From contig NC_068999.1 in the NCBI RefSeq assembly GCF_001194135.2, positions 48,717,653 to 48,781,652 on the forward strand: a DNA stretch of 64,000 nucleotides, given 5' to 3'. Origin of the DNA: Octopus bimaculoides (Eukaryota). Numbering within the stretch: position 1 is the stretch's first letter; the number at the start of each line of letters is the position of its first letter. This document shows, piece after piece, positions 12,701 through 25,008 of this stretch. A program made the position numbers and the translations under genes. The notes under the pieces are model-generated. The model saw only the letters and a program-made list of their open reading frames with translations, was not told the DNA's origin and ran no database searches.

Positions 12701-13476
12701 GAGAGAGATAGATATATATATATATACAAGCTTTTACTTGCATTTCACTCTTAGATTGTGGCCATGCTGGGGCTTCCAAAGAAATGTAGAATTAAACAAT
12801 ATTAATACACACTGAAAAACAATAGCATTATCATACACACAAGCACGTATGTATGTATATGTGTATATATNNNNNNNNNNNNNNNNNNNNNNNNNNNNNN
12901 NNNNNNNNNNNNNNNNNNNNNNNNNNNNNNNNNNNNNNNNNNNNNNNNNNNNNNNNNATATATATATATATATATATATAATATGCCCACACTCATACAT
13001 GATGGACTTCCATACAGTTTTCATCTACCAGCACCTTGGATGTTTTTTGCAGTATTTCCAGGCCAGCCAGCATCTTTTTACTAAATTGATACAGGGAAAC
13101 TACATTTATGTTTGTTTTATGTCCATTTTTTCCTTGTTAGCATGCACTTGTGGAATATATTATTGAGGCATTGTTTTACAGCTGGATGCCCTTTCTGTTG
13201 CTAACTCTTAACTTTCTTTCCAGTAATGAATCTCGTTTCACATATCTTTGAAGGCATGAAGCAAGTAGATAATTTGTCGACAGAAATTTTAATACCGCTA
13301 GTAACTCCTGACTTTCTTAGGATGCAAATGTAAACAAACAGACTGATACATGCACACCCACAGGCGTATACATACATACATACACACACACACTAGATTT
13401 TTTTATTAATGGATATAGGTCATTCAAATTGCCTATATTTGTAGAGTAACATCCTATTCTTCATCACAGGCAAATA

Positions 13477-14060
13477 ATGGGTTCCAAACAGAAGCAACAT
13501 GCTGTCACTGAGTTCTTGATAAAGGAAGGGTACAGGCTGTCTGGCAGTTACAGAAGGCTACAAGTTGTTTATGGAGGTGACACCATTGACAAGAGAAATG
13601 TGCATAAATCTTTGAAGAAATTTAAAGGAGGGGAAAACAGCTTTGAAGAAAAATCATGCTTTGGGAGCCTATCAATTACAATCACTGGCACAAATTGCCA
13701 GCTAGTGGACAAACCCATTCACATAGACTTGTTACACAACTGGACTGTTATCACAATGCATCACAGAAAATAGTGGAAAACTTTGGGCACTGGAAAATGA
13801 GTGTAAAGAGGGAACGTGGTTTGAAAGAGAGAAGGGTAGAATTCCTTTTAATCTACTGCAAGCATTTGAAGCCAATGAAAACCTGGGGGGGGGGGGTTCC
13901 AATCTGGTGATGGGATAAAACATGAACATTGTCTTTATGATCCAGAAACAAAGGCCCAGTCCAAAGAATGGCATCACAACTTTTCTCCAAAGTCTAAGAA
14001 GTTCAAGAGGCTATGATCACCACAGAAAATTGTGATGATTCTTTTCTTTAATGATTTTCT
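13477..14060 (+). mobile_element. mariner transposase pseudogene, N-terminal/central part
   Basis: MGSKQKQHAVTEFLIKEG...RRLQVVYGGDTID...KFKGGE (HTH region) and frameshifted YDPETKAQSKEWHH, typical of mariner D,D34D transposases. Confidence 0.8.
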
Positions 14061-14274
14061 GAGACACAGCTATACCATGAACAACAAACAACACATTGAG
14101 ATAGTAAAACAAGCTTAGAGAAGGTATTAGGAGGCAGAGACTGAATAACAATATAGTAACAATCCACATTAACCCTTTTGTTACCATATATGTGTTGAAA
14201 TACGCTATCTTCGTTTCAATTAATTTTGAAAATAATGACAGATTTAGTAAAATAACAGTCATTACTTAGCTGGT

Positions 14275-14690
14275 GTCATCATCGTCACCATCATCATCAG
14301 TTTCATTATAAGGTACAACCCATTTACTATGCTGGCATGGGTTTGACAGGAGCTGGCCAGCTGAAGATTTGCCCAGGTTCCATGTCTGATTTGGTGTGGT
14401 CTCTACAGCTGGATGCCCTTCCTAATGCCAACCACTTCACAGTGTGTAGTGGGTGCCTTTATGCAGCACTGGCATGGCTGTGTTTACATGGCACTGGTAC
14501 AAGTGCATTTTATTTGGCACCAGCACCGGCACCCATGAGCCCGCAAGATTAAGGATGCAAGGACAACCACATTTTTACTTGGCTTGGCATGTTTTCTCAA
14601 GTACAGTGAACTGCCAGGAGTCTCAGTCACCTGTCATCCCCTCTGTGAATCCCAACATCTGTAGATCCTTTCTCACCACTTCGTCCCACA
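14275..14690 (-). mobile_element. 5'-truncated RTE LINE 3' end with (GAT)n tail
   Basis: - strand encodes WDEVVRKDLQMLG...; followed by the common ggcattaggaagggcatccagctgtaga 3' UTR. Confidence 0.65.
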
Positions 14691-14803
14691 AAATATAAAT
14701 TAAGATGCAATTTTTGCTGGAAGATTTTAATTTAGATCACTTTAAAACAGGAAGTTTGTATCATAGAACCAAGGCCAGTTTCAGGCGGGTTGGTATCAAA
14801 AAG

Positions 14804-15189
14804 AGTGGAGGCGCAATGGCCCAGTGGTTAGGGCAGCGGACTCGCGGTCATAGGATCGCGGTTTCAATTCTCAGACCGGGCGTTGTGAGTGTTTATTGAG
14901 CAAAAACACCTAAAGCTCCACGAGGCTCTGGCAGAGAATGGTGGCGAACCCTGCTGTACTCTTTCACCACAACTTTCTCTCACTCTTTCTTCCTGTTTCT
15001 GTTGTGCCTGTAATTCAAAGGGTCAGCCTTGTTACACTGTGTCACGCTGAATATCCCCAAGAACTATGTTAAGGGTACACGTGTCTGTGGAGTGCTCAGC
15101 CACTTGCATGTTAATTTCACGAGCAGGCTGTTCTGTTGATCGGATCAACTGGAACCCTCGACGTCGTAAGCGACAGAGTGCCAACAACA
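14804..15189 (+). mobile_element. tRNA-derived SINE (third family) with target-site duplication
   Basis: A box TGGCCCAGTGG, B-box-like GGTTTCAATTC, CpGs retained, (CAA) tail; flanked by ggtatcaaaa(a)g at 14792 and 15190. Confidence 0.85.
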
Positions 15190-15249
15190 GGTATCAAAAG
15201 GATTAACCATGATAATACATAATCAATCACACATATGTGTGGCCACAAA

Positions 15250-15440
15250 TCAGGCTATTGGCAAATTGGGCTTGGCAAACAGTGGAGTGTCTGCCATCCA
15301 CTGTACAACCTGGATCTGGCACTCTCCAACTTCTCAACTTCTACCTGTTCAGTCCAGTGAAGAACAGTTTTCAGGGACAATGGTTTAATGACATGGATGA
15401 TGTCAAAATGGCTGCGAAGTGTGTAACCACCTGAACCTTT
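15250..15440 (+). mobile_element. mariner transposase pseudogene, C-terminal part
   Basis: Frameshifted remnants of the LPHPxYSPDLA motif (ctgccatccactgtacaacctggatctggc) and FYLFSPVKNSFQGQWFNDMDDVK. Confidence 0.7.
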
Positions 15441-16229
15441 TTCAAAGAGAATTTGAGAATTAAATTCAACTTTGCTAAAAATTTATCGCTTGTGATGAAG
15501 ACTATATTGCATTGTACCTTTGTATGGAGAGAGAGTTTCTCTACCAATATATGCACTTTGAATAACCTATGTCACTTAATGAAGAAGTTATGCTAACTTT
15601 CGCATTAATTTTACTATTATACTATGTATGTATGGATGGATGGATGGATGCATGCATGTATATCATCATCATCATCATTCAACATCCGTTTTTCATGCTG
15701 GCATAGGCTGAATGATTTCTATGGTTGGGTGCCCTTCCTAATGCCAACCACTCCACAATGTTCTGGGTGCTTTTTGTGACACTAGCACCACCCATACACA
15801 CACACACACACATTCTCTCTTTTATATATAAATTGACATAAACACAAGCACTAATGTTTGTGTGTGTGTGTGAATTTTTTTATTCTTTTATTTATTTCAG
15901 TAATTTGACTGCAGCCACACAAAAATATGTGTGTGATAACTGAAAGAAGCTCATTATATACGTATGTGTGCATGTGAGATGATGTGATGGGTTTCTTTCA
16001 ATTACCATCTTCCAAATCCATTCACAAGATTTTGGTTGGCCCAGAACTAGAGTAACATATGCCATTTAATAAGCAGAAACCATGTAGTTTGGAAGCAAAC
16101 TTCTTAACCTCACAGCAGGCCAGTCGTCATTTAACGTCCGCTTTCCATGCTAGCATGGGTTGGACGATTTGACTGAGGACTGGTGAAACCAGATGGCTAC
16201 ACCAGGCTCCAATCTGATACATATATATA

Positions 16230-16263
<34 letters not shown>

Positions 16264-16296
16264 CACACATATATATACACATATATATATACATAC

Positions 16297-16328
<32 letters not shown>

Positions 16329-16354
16329 GCATATNNNNNNNNNNNNNNNNNNNN

Positions 16355-16412
<58 letters not shown>

Positions 16413-19408
16413 TGTACACACACATATATGCATATACATACATACATACATAAAGAGAAATGTAAAGTATCCTGTCAGTTATCTTTCAATTATCATTTTT
16501 TTTCTTTACTATTCGATTTACCATTATTGGTAGTTTACACAAAATCCTATCGATTTCCTATTGATTCCTCTTGGAATTGTCTCAGTACTTTCTAAATTTA
16601 TGCTAGCAGAATGTTGTGCAGTAGAAAAAAATATATATATTTAATTGTTTCTATATATTCATCTCCTGCACGACAACCCCCGTCCACCACTACTGTCTCA
16701 CGTCTCCAATCATTCTTTTGAATTCAGAACTCGTGTATATGTGTGTATAAAATATGTATGTGTGTGTGTATGTATACATATATATGTATATATACACTCA
16801 CATATGCACACATGTATACATCAACACATTTGTGTTTGTATGTACATATGAAATACTTTATTCATATATTTATCTGATGGTGTGTGTGTACGTGTGTCAA
16901 TCGATAATGATGTGAGGTTGTGTCAGTACAGTGCACAGTCCCTTCTTCCATCCAAACATAATACTATCTCGCTGGACAGATTACTTGATAGAAAGATTTG
17001 AAGGAATGGATAGAGAGAGAGAAAAAAACGCAGCTCTAACGAGAGAGAGTGAGAGAGAATTGGCATCAGGTGCGACAACACAGAGATATAGATAGTGGTC
17101 GTTTGAATAATTAATCATGCTTCTAATAAGACAACCTCTTAAACTCTTGTTTCTGCACCATCTTCCATTAGAAATTATTCCGTCTTTTACTGGATATTAT
17201 AAACTTGAAGAGATATTTTGCTGTGTATTTTTGTGTTTTTGAGTTGCTTTTTCTTCCGATTTTTTTTTCGGTTTGTTGTTTTCTTTTGAAAACTTCAGTA
17301 AAGAAGTTTCTTAATATTTTTTAGCAAGAACTTTTTTTTCGAAAGTGTTGATTACACCCACCACCTCCTTTTAGACAATAGAAATTGAAATAAATATACC
17401 AAGTTTAAAAAACCGTCAATGGTTCTGAATTTAATTTATAGAGATAAAAAGAATTTTATCTTTTTTCTTTCGTGTCGGATTTATTATTTCTTGTCGTATC
17501 TCGTATTTTGTGGACAATTAAGTTTTGATATTGTTTTATATTTTATGGAAAATTGATTTAATTTTTTTTTCGAATAAAAATGGGGAGAATCAATAAAAAA
17601 TAGTAATAAAATCGCAATAAAACGATGATTAAAAAAAAAGCAATTTTCCCGCCTCTGTACTTGTTAACCTTTTCTTCTTCAGTTTGCCAACACTCGAATT
17701 CTGGCGTGTTAAGTAGCTAGATGTAACTACGATAGATCACGATCCTATTTGAGGTCGTTAAGAATTTATCTGGGGTTCGTCATGCCGCCCATATTTTAAT
17801 AATGGTGGCAACAGAACCTTCGTCTTAGACATAGTCGTTATTATGATCAATATTTTGTAATTTTTCGTTCAATAATTTGTCACAAAGAAGGTCTTGTATA
17901 TATGCAAGTAATGTCATATTAACTTCTGAAGAACTGAAAAAAGATTCATCAGAAATACATAATCGGGAATATTTTTGATTGAAGATAATTTTTTTTGTTA
18001 GGGTGATGTTACTAATGAATATTTCAATCACATTGATAATCAATATTATTAGTAGCTTGGCTTTTGAATGTTTTGACTAAATTCGACACCAATTAAAAGT
18101 TGTTTTTAATTGCAAACTGCTGTATCATATTGTGGTGTTAATTCATTTCTTGTGAGCATGATAATTTTAGTTGGTGTTACTTTGAAATGGGGTTCCTCTG
18201 AAGGATGTCTGGAGTAATGTAACATGATGTGGAACTCAGAGATCAGGGAGTCTCTCTAGCTCGAACTGCAACTTCTCCGCATTGAGATATCATAATGCCA
18301 GTACTAATGGACATGTGAGTAACATGTTGCAGGAAAGAATCACAAGATAGATTCTTCAAGAAGACACTTGCCCAAGGTGCCATAGTCTCAGTTGGTGAAG
18401 GCACATGGATTACTGGTTAGGACACAGCACTCATGATCATGAAATTGTGGTTTTGATTCAAAGACCAGGCGATGCATTGTGTTCTTGAGCAAAACCCTTC
18501 ATTTCACATTGCTTCAGTTCGCTCACTTGGCTAAAGTGAGTAATCTGGCATCCCATTCAATGCAGAATGTATGCTGCACCATGGAAACCACCAGTTCTAT
18601 GAGTCTATACAACTGATGAAGGATCTTTATCATATCTGATCTTGTAGTCTCAGTTGATCACGCCTGGGAATCTAGCTAGAAACTATAATGACAGTTGCTT
18701 CTGATATGACCTTATGGAGAAGGTGCCTGAGGACTCTATCGCCACAATCCTCCCAGGAATAGTGGGCAGAAGATAATACATGATTAACTCTAAACAACGT
18801 GAATAAATAAGCAGTACATTAGACAGAGTAACTTGAATGTTAAAGGGTTAAATATCAGAAGATAAACTGCAATATGCAAGCAGTAGATAAAACCCATATT
18901 TAAATCAATTGAACTTTAATTTAAAAGCAAAGTTTTAATTATCATACCTTCTATTTTGGACAGAGTTTACGCATGTAGACAAAAACCCTATTTAGACTCC
19001 ATGTGTTTTATCCTTAGCATAGAAAAATTAATACCTTCCCCTTCTACACTAATCTCAGTGAGGTAGCATGGGTTTTGGTTGCCCTCAGTAGTAGCCAAAT
19101 TGGTTGCCTCCTGCCTACTTAAATGTAACATACCTTCTACTATGGCAAACACACATATATAAAGTGGCTACCCTGTGCAGTCAGCACACTCTATGCCATA
19201 CCATTGATTAATCTGATGGTTCATTAAAGTATACGAATGGTTCTGCATTAAAATAGTTAATGGTTTGTCCTGTCATGTAATTAATTTAACTCACATGTAA
19301 TCAACTTAACACACGTTTTTGTATAAAATCATAAATAATTTTGAAATCACTTTTTCTTTTCAGACGAGAAAACTGATTTGAATTTCAAGGGGAAGATTAA
19401 AATTAAAA

Positions 19409-22400
19409 ATGGATGACAATACAAAAGTAATGTTGAAGCTGGCTACTTTCTTAGCTCAGCAGAACAACTCTCGGGTCAACAATACAGGAAACCAAAATCC
19501 TCTTACTGAATTGGCTACCCAACTATTGATGAATAGCACTAGTGAAACCCTTGCCATACCAACATCTCTGCAATCTCACCCAGCAAAACAACTGCCGTCT
19601 CATCAACCAGACAACAGCACCTCTAGCATGTTTCAAACACAAGCTGCACCAGTGCCTATCTCTCAGAACACTTCATCAAATCACATGAATAATACTTACA
19701 GTGTAAATGCTTCATCACTTCAAGGGAACATCACAAATACAAAGAGTTCAGTTCCTAGGGCTAATGAGATGATGTCACTGAACAATACTTCAAACAAAGA
19801 CATGATTCCAGTAGCATCCCCAATCAACAGAGATTCTTTTAATGTAATGTCCCCTGTTATGGATCAAGAAAACTTCTCTCCTATTAACAGAGACAATTTC
19901 CCCATCAGCAGGGATACATTTAACGTGACAACTGCCAACTCTTATCCTATCAACTCACCTATGAATCATGACACATTCACCACAGCTTCTTCTGTCAACC
20001 GAGATTCCTTTACAATGTCATCTGCAGTCAACAGGGACTCCTATCCTGCAACATCATCTGGAAATTCACTGTCATCATCCCCAGCGACTAACCGGGAAAT
20101 GTTAACTGTAATGCCGCCAGTAAATAGAGACACATTTTCTGCTGCTTCTCCTGTCAACCGAGAAACATATCCCAATAATCCTGCTATGAATAGAGACACC
20201 TTTAATGTCAACCGAGACAACATGAGTGGGAATTGTCCTGAGACAAGAGATTCATTTTCTTCAGATTGCTCTGCTACTAGAGTCTCCTTTAGTATAACAT
20301 CACCAAGAAATCGAGAAAATTACACAAATACTCCAGTTATTGGTCGAGACTCGTATTCTGTAACCTCCCCAGTTAATAGTGACTCTTATGGATCTGGGAT
20401 GCCAACAAGCCATGAGTCTTACCCAGTCAGTTCTCCTTCTAACCGAATTTCTGAAGATTCTGCTATGAACTCTTTGAATATGATGCGAGGAGATATCTCC
20501 AGAAATACAGCTTTAACAAGAGTTCCTGATGAGATGAATATGAACCAAATGGAGGATATGGTTGTCACTGGTGGGAGTAGTAACGGTAGTAGTATTAACA
20601 GCGGTTTGGGCTCAATCAACAGTTCAATGTCATGCAACATGTCTTCCATGAATTCTTCTTCCAATGAAGTGCATATAAACTCTTCAAATAATTGTGCCTA
20701 TTACAAGCGACCTATACAAGGAGAAAAGGGACGATCGTATCCTCAGCCAGTCATACTTCGATCGCGACCTCGTCCTGTTAAGGAGAGGTCTAAAAGAGGT
20801 CCCAAAGAGAAGGATTATTTCCGAACTGCTTTCTTTTGTCTACCAAATGTGACAGCTCGACTACCACGCTTTACGTCCTCTGATCCTCGTGAGCAAGACC
20901 TTGTCCTTGATTATCAGAAACAAGGTTATGGTAAGAAATGTTTTTCTTTCATATTCTTTTAATTAATGCATCCTCCCCTCTCAAAAAATTCCTTGTCTTG
21001 CAAGTTACTTGGTGACCCTGCCAGTGCTGGTGCCAAATAAAAAGCATCCAGTCCAGAGTGTGAAGTGGTTGGCATTCGGAAGGGCATCTGGATGTAAAAT
21101 CCATGCCAAAACAGATACAGTAGCTGAGGGTAGTTTTTCTAGTTTGGTGTAGTCTCCTACCTGTAGCATGGAAAATGAATGTTGTTGTTGTTGTTGATGA
21201 TGATGATGGTGATGGTGATCACTTGATCTAAATTAATTTTTCCTTTCACAGGTTTTCCAGCAAAAGACTACTTTGAAGGCAAACCTCAGAAGACTTATAT
21301 TCGTCTCAGTCATGATGAAGAAAGTTTCCGTTGCTTTCTGTTAAGTATTTATCCGAAACTTGAGGGAAAGTATTATGAACTTTATAGAATTGATCGGCAG
21401 AGAAATTTGGTTCGCATTGAAGCTAAGACCCCCCGTGGTATCAAGAATGCTAAATACCAAGGAACGATCATCATTTTGCCCTACGTAAGTCTGCAAAGTC
21501 AAACTATTTGTATTTGTATTTCATTTAACAGCATTAATACACTGGAGAAAGGTATGAACATCATGCAGTCTCTTTATGAAAGTGTTTTATTCTTCTCCAT
21601 GTTTCAGTCATTTGAGTGTGGCCATGCTGGAGCACCACGTTGAAGGGTTTTAGTCGAACGAATCAACCCTCAGGACTTATTTCTTAAGCCTAGTTACTTA
21701 TTCTATTGGTCTTTATTTGCCAAACCACTAAGCAATTTAATCTTTTTTTATAAACTAAATTATAAATTAAACTTTCTTACTCTTTAATTTAATTTCTTCT
21801 TTTGTGTTTTTCTTTTAATTTTTTTTATTTAGCCTGAAGCTTCAAATCCACCATCAGCTATTGTGCACAACCCAAGTAGTATTGGAGACTTACCTGTCCA
21901 GCTATGCAATGATTCCATGGAAAATATTAATGAAAACAATGAATGTGAAGAAGAAAACATGATACCATCACCAAGTGTCTGTGGTTCCACGCCCCAGCAA
22001 TCTCCTTTCATGCCACCAAACCATGAAGTAGCTACATATGATCATAAGGTAACTATCCTTAATATAAATTATCATTGATTGAATTGGCAGAATTGATTAA
22101 GTTTCAGATTGAGTTAGTAATATCCATTTACACTGTAAGTTGAAATCTCATCATGTTTGTCTTGCATTTCAACCTTGCAGAGCTTTTATCCTGTTAGTCC
22201 TCAATACCTAATCTTGTGGTGCTACTAACAGACTTTCTGTCTCCCTTTTCAGCCTTCCTTTCTGCAACCATGACTAAATGTCTCACTATTACTATTTTCT
22301 ACAATTATGTTTGAAAATCTGCTAAAGTTGGCTTTGCTTTTCATCCTTTCAAGATACAATAAGTACTGGTTGAGTGCTGGGGTTGACGTAAACAACTAAC

Positions 22401-22464
22401 TAGTGCCTTCTCTGCAAATTACAGTCCTTGTGCCTATCATAGAAAGGACTACTACTACTACTAC

Positions 22465-22499
<35 letters not shown>

Positions 22500-23606
22500 A
22501 AATAATAATAATCAGGCATAGGACCTGAAATTAGGGGGAGAGGGTAGTTGATTACATTGACCCCAGTACTCAACTGGTACTTAATTTATCGACCGCTGAA
22601 AGGATGAAAGGCAAAGTCAACCTCAGCGGAATACTACTACTACTACTACTACTACTAATAATAATAATAATAATAATTTCTACAACAAATACTAAATGAA
22701 ATAAGATAGCAAAATGGCAGCAAGTTTGAAGTCTGCTATTCCAAGAATACACAAGAAACAACAGAATCAACTGTATCCTGCTACTCCTATTAATTTGTGG
22801 CTCCCTGTCACATTATTAAGCAGAAAGAAAATCATGCCAAACTAAATATCTTGATAGTATTTAATTTTGTACATCTACATTCTGAGTTCAAATCCTGCCA
22901 TGTCAACTTTGTATTTGGGTTCATTCAATTGGTTATACTCCTCTACAAATTTATGGCTCTAAGTCAGTAACAGGAGTAGAGAGGAAGAGATGAATAAAGT
23001 ATTAATTTATTCCATGTTTTCTACTTCAAAGGAATCCTACGAGTTATCACCTCCATCTCCAGAACGTGATATTAAACCATTTCAAAGATTTGATTCTGGT
23101 ATGTATCTGTTAATCATCCTGACACCTTTTTTTTTGCCACTTTTGAAGACGATGAATTTCAGAATATCACATTATCTTTTTGAGAATTAGTCCTAAGCAG
23201 TACTTATCCTATCAATCTCTTTTGACAAACTAAGCTACTAGGACATAAACAAACCAACACCAGTTGTCAAGTGGTTGTGGGGAAAGACACACCGTTGGAT
23301 GTCATTCATATATGTATATGACACACATCATCATCGTTGTTAATGTTCATATTCCATACTGGCATGGGTTGGATGGTTTGACAGGAGTTCACAAGCTGCT
23401 GCAGAGCTGCACCAGGCTCCAGTTGTCTGTTTTGGTGCCACATAAAAAGCCCCATGTTGATGTCACATCTAAAGCACCCATGCTGGTGCCATATATAAAG
23501 AACTGGTTCTAGTTCCTCATAAAAAGCACCCAGTACACTTTGTAAAGTGGGTTGGCATTAGGAAAGGCATCCAGCTGTAGAAACCATGCCAAGACACACT
23601 CATATA

Positions 23607-23642
<36 letters not shown>

Positions 23643-25008
23643 GTGGGCTTCAACATAGTTTCTGCCAGCCAAATTCACTCACAAGGTTATAGTAGAAGAC
23701 ACTTGTTCAAGGTACCAGGCACTGGGACTGAACCTGAAACCACCCAGTCGGAAAGCAAGCTTCTTAACCACACAGCATACCTTTAAATTTTTTTTTTTTA
23801 TATCTTGGTTGTTATTGTCAGGCTTTTGCTTTATACTCTTGCACTAGTTCCATTTATTTTCCATTCTCTGATTGATTTAATATTTAGATGTTCCATTTGT
23901 ATCTAATATCAAATTTTAATTTCTCTTATTTTCTTTTTGCACAGAAAATTCTGAATTATTTCAAAGAATTTCCCTCATAAAGCAAACTCTTTCTGAAACG
24001 AGAAACTTGAAGATGGATAAAAGATCTATTGTTGGAAATCTGTTGGAGTTGTATCGTGCTGAGCATACCATCTGTAACTATGACATCCGAGTCACATTTA
24101 ATAATGACCCCAATCTCACTTTATCGAATGATCCATCATTTCAAACCCGTCACATGTTCTGCATATTCTGGAAGAAAATTTTCAACAATAATTTTGTCGG
24201 AAATGAAGAATACTATCCAGTCATAAGTCCCGAGGCTGAAGACGATATGTTTGAAATTCTCGGCCGCATTCTCGCTCATGGATTAATATTATGTAACTAT
24301 TGGCCTATCCAGTTTGCTGTAGCATCAGCCACCTACATGCTCTGTCAAGGCTGCTCTGATGAGCTCATTTTGAAATCATTCACCAATTGCCTCAGTGGAT
24401 TTGATCAGAGGATTGTCATGTCAGCCCTAAAGGAATCTCGTTCCCAAATTGGAGAACCAACTTTCTCTTCCACTCTAGAAACCAATTTATCAGCATTTCT
24501 ATGGACTAACGGTTGTCAAATAGACCGACCTGGTCAGCTTCCTGGTATTTTGTTAAGCATAGCCAGAAGTTTTCTTATATACCAACCATACTGGGCACTT
24601 GTGAAGCTGAAGAAAGGAATGGAACACTGCAGCAATAAAGTATTCAAAGATTGTTCTGAAAGTGATGTTGAAAACTTATACAAAACATTAACACCTGAAG
24701 CATCTCAAATTTGCAAATTAATCAAGTATGAGTTTAGTCAAGAAGAATCTCACCTGGAAATTGAGAAAACATTACAGACTTACTTAGAAAAATTACTTTG
24801 GGAAATGTCATTAGTTGAACTTGCAAACTTGTTACAATTGTGGACTGGTGTGAACTGCTTGTCACAACAAACATTGTTTGTGAAATTTGTGAACACTTCA
24901 GATCAGTTACTGTTTCAGAATTATAAATCTCTGCTTCGGATCCCTCGCAAAATACAGACATTTAAAGAATTTACAGATTCCATTCAATTACTTCTGGATG
25001 GAACATGA
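19409..25008 (+). CDS. Uncharacterised ~1033-aa protein: disordered repeat N-terminus, basic patch, putative Ubl-like domain, HECT-like (probably inactive) C-terminus. Exons 19409-20930, 21252-21484, 21833-22048, 23032-23098, 23945-25008
   Basis: All junctions GT-AG with matching phases (1,0,0,1); total 3102 nt, open to TGA. HECT-like motifs: FWKKIF..FVG...YPVISP, GRILAHG...YWP, LLQLWTG. ATG exon preceded by acceptor at 19363, implying an upstream non-coding exon. Confidence 0.8.

Larger units (their letters stand above)
14169..15206. mobile_element. piggyBac-like MITE (TTAA-CCC...GG-TTAA) interrupted by two insertions
   Basis: Ends match the uninterrupted copy at 59164-59388 (ttaaccctt..gttacc / ggttggtatcaaaagg.ttaa). 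Confidence 0.65.
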
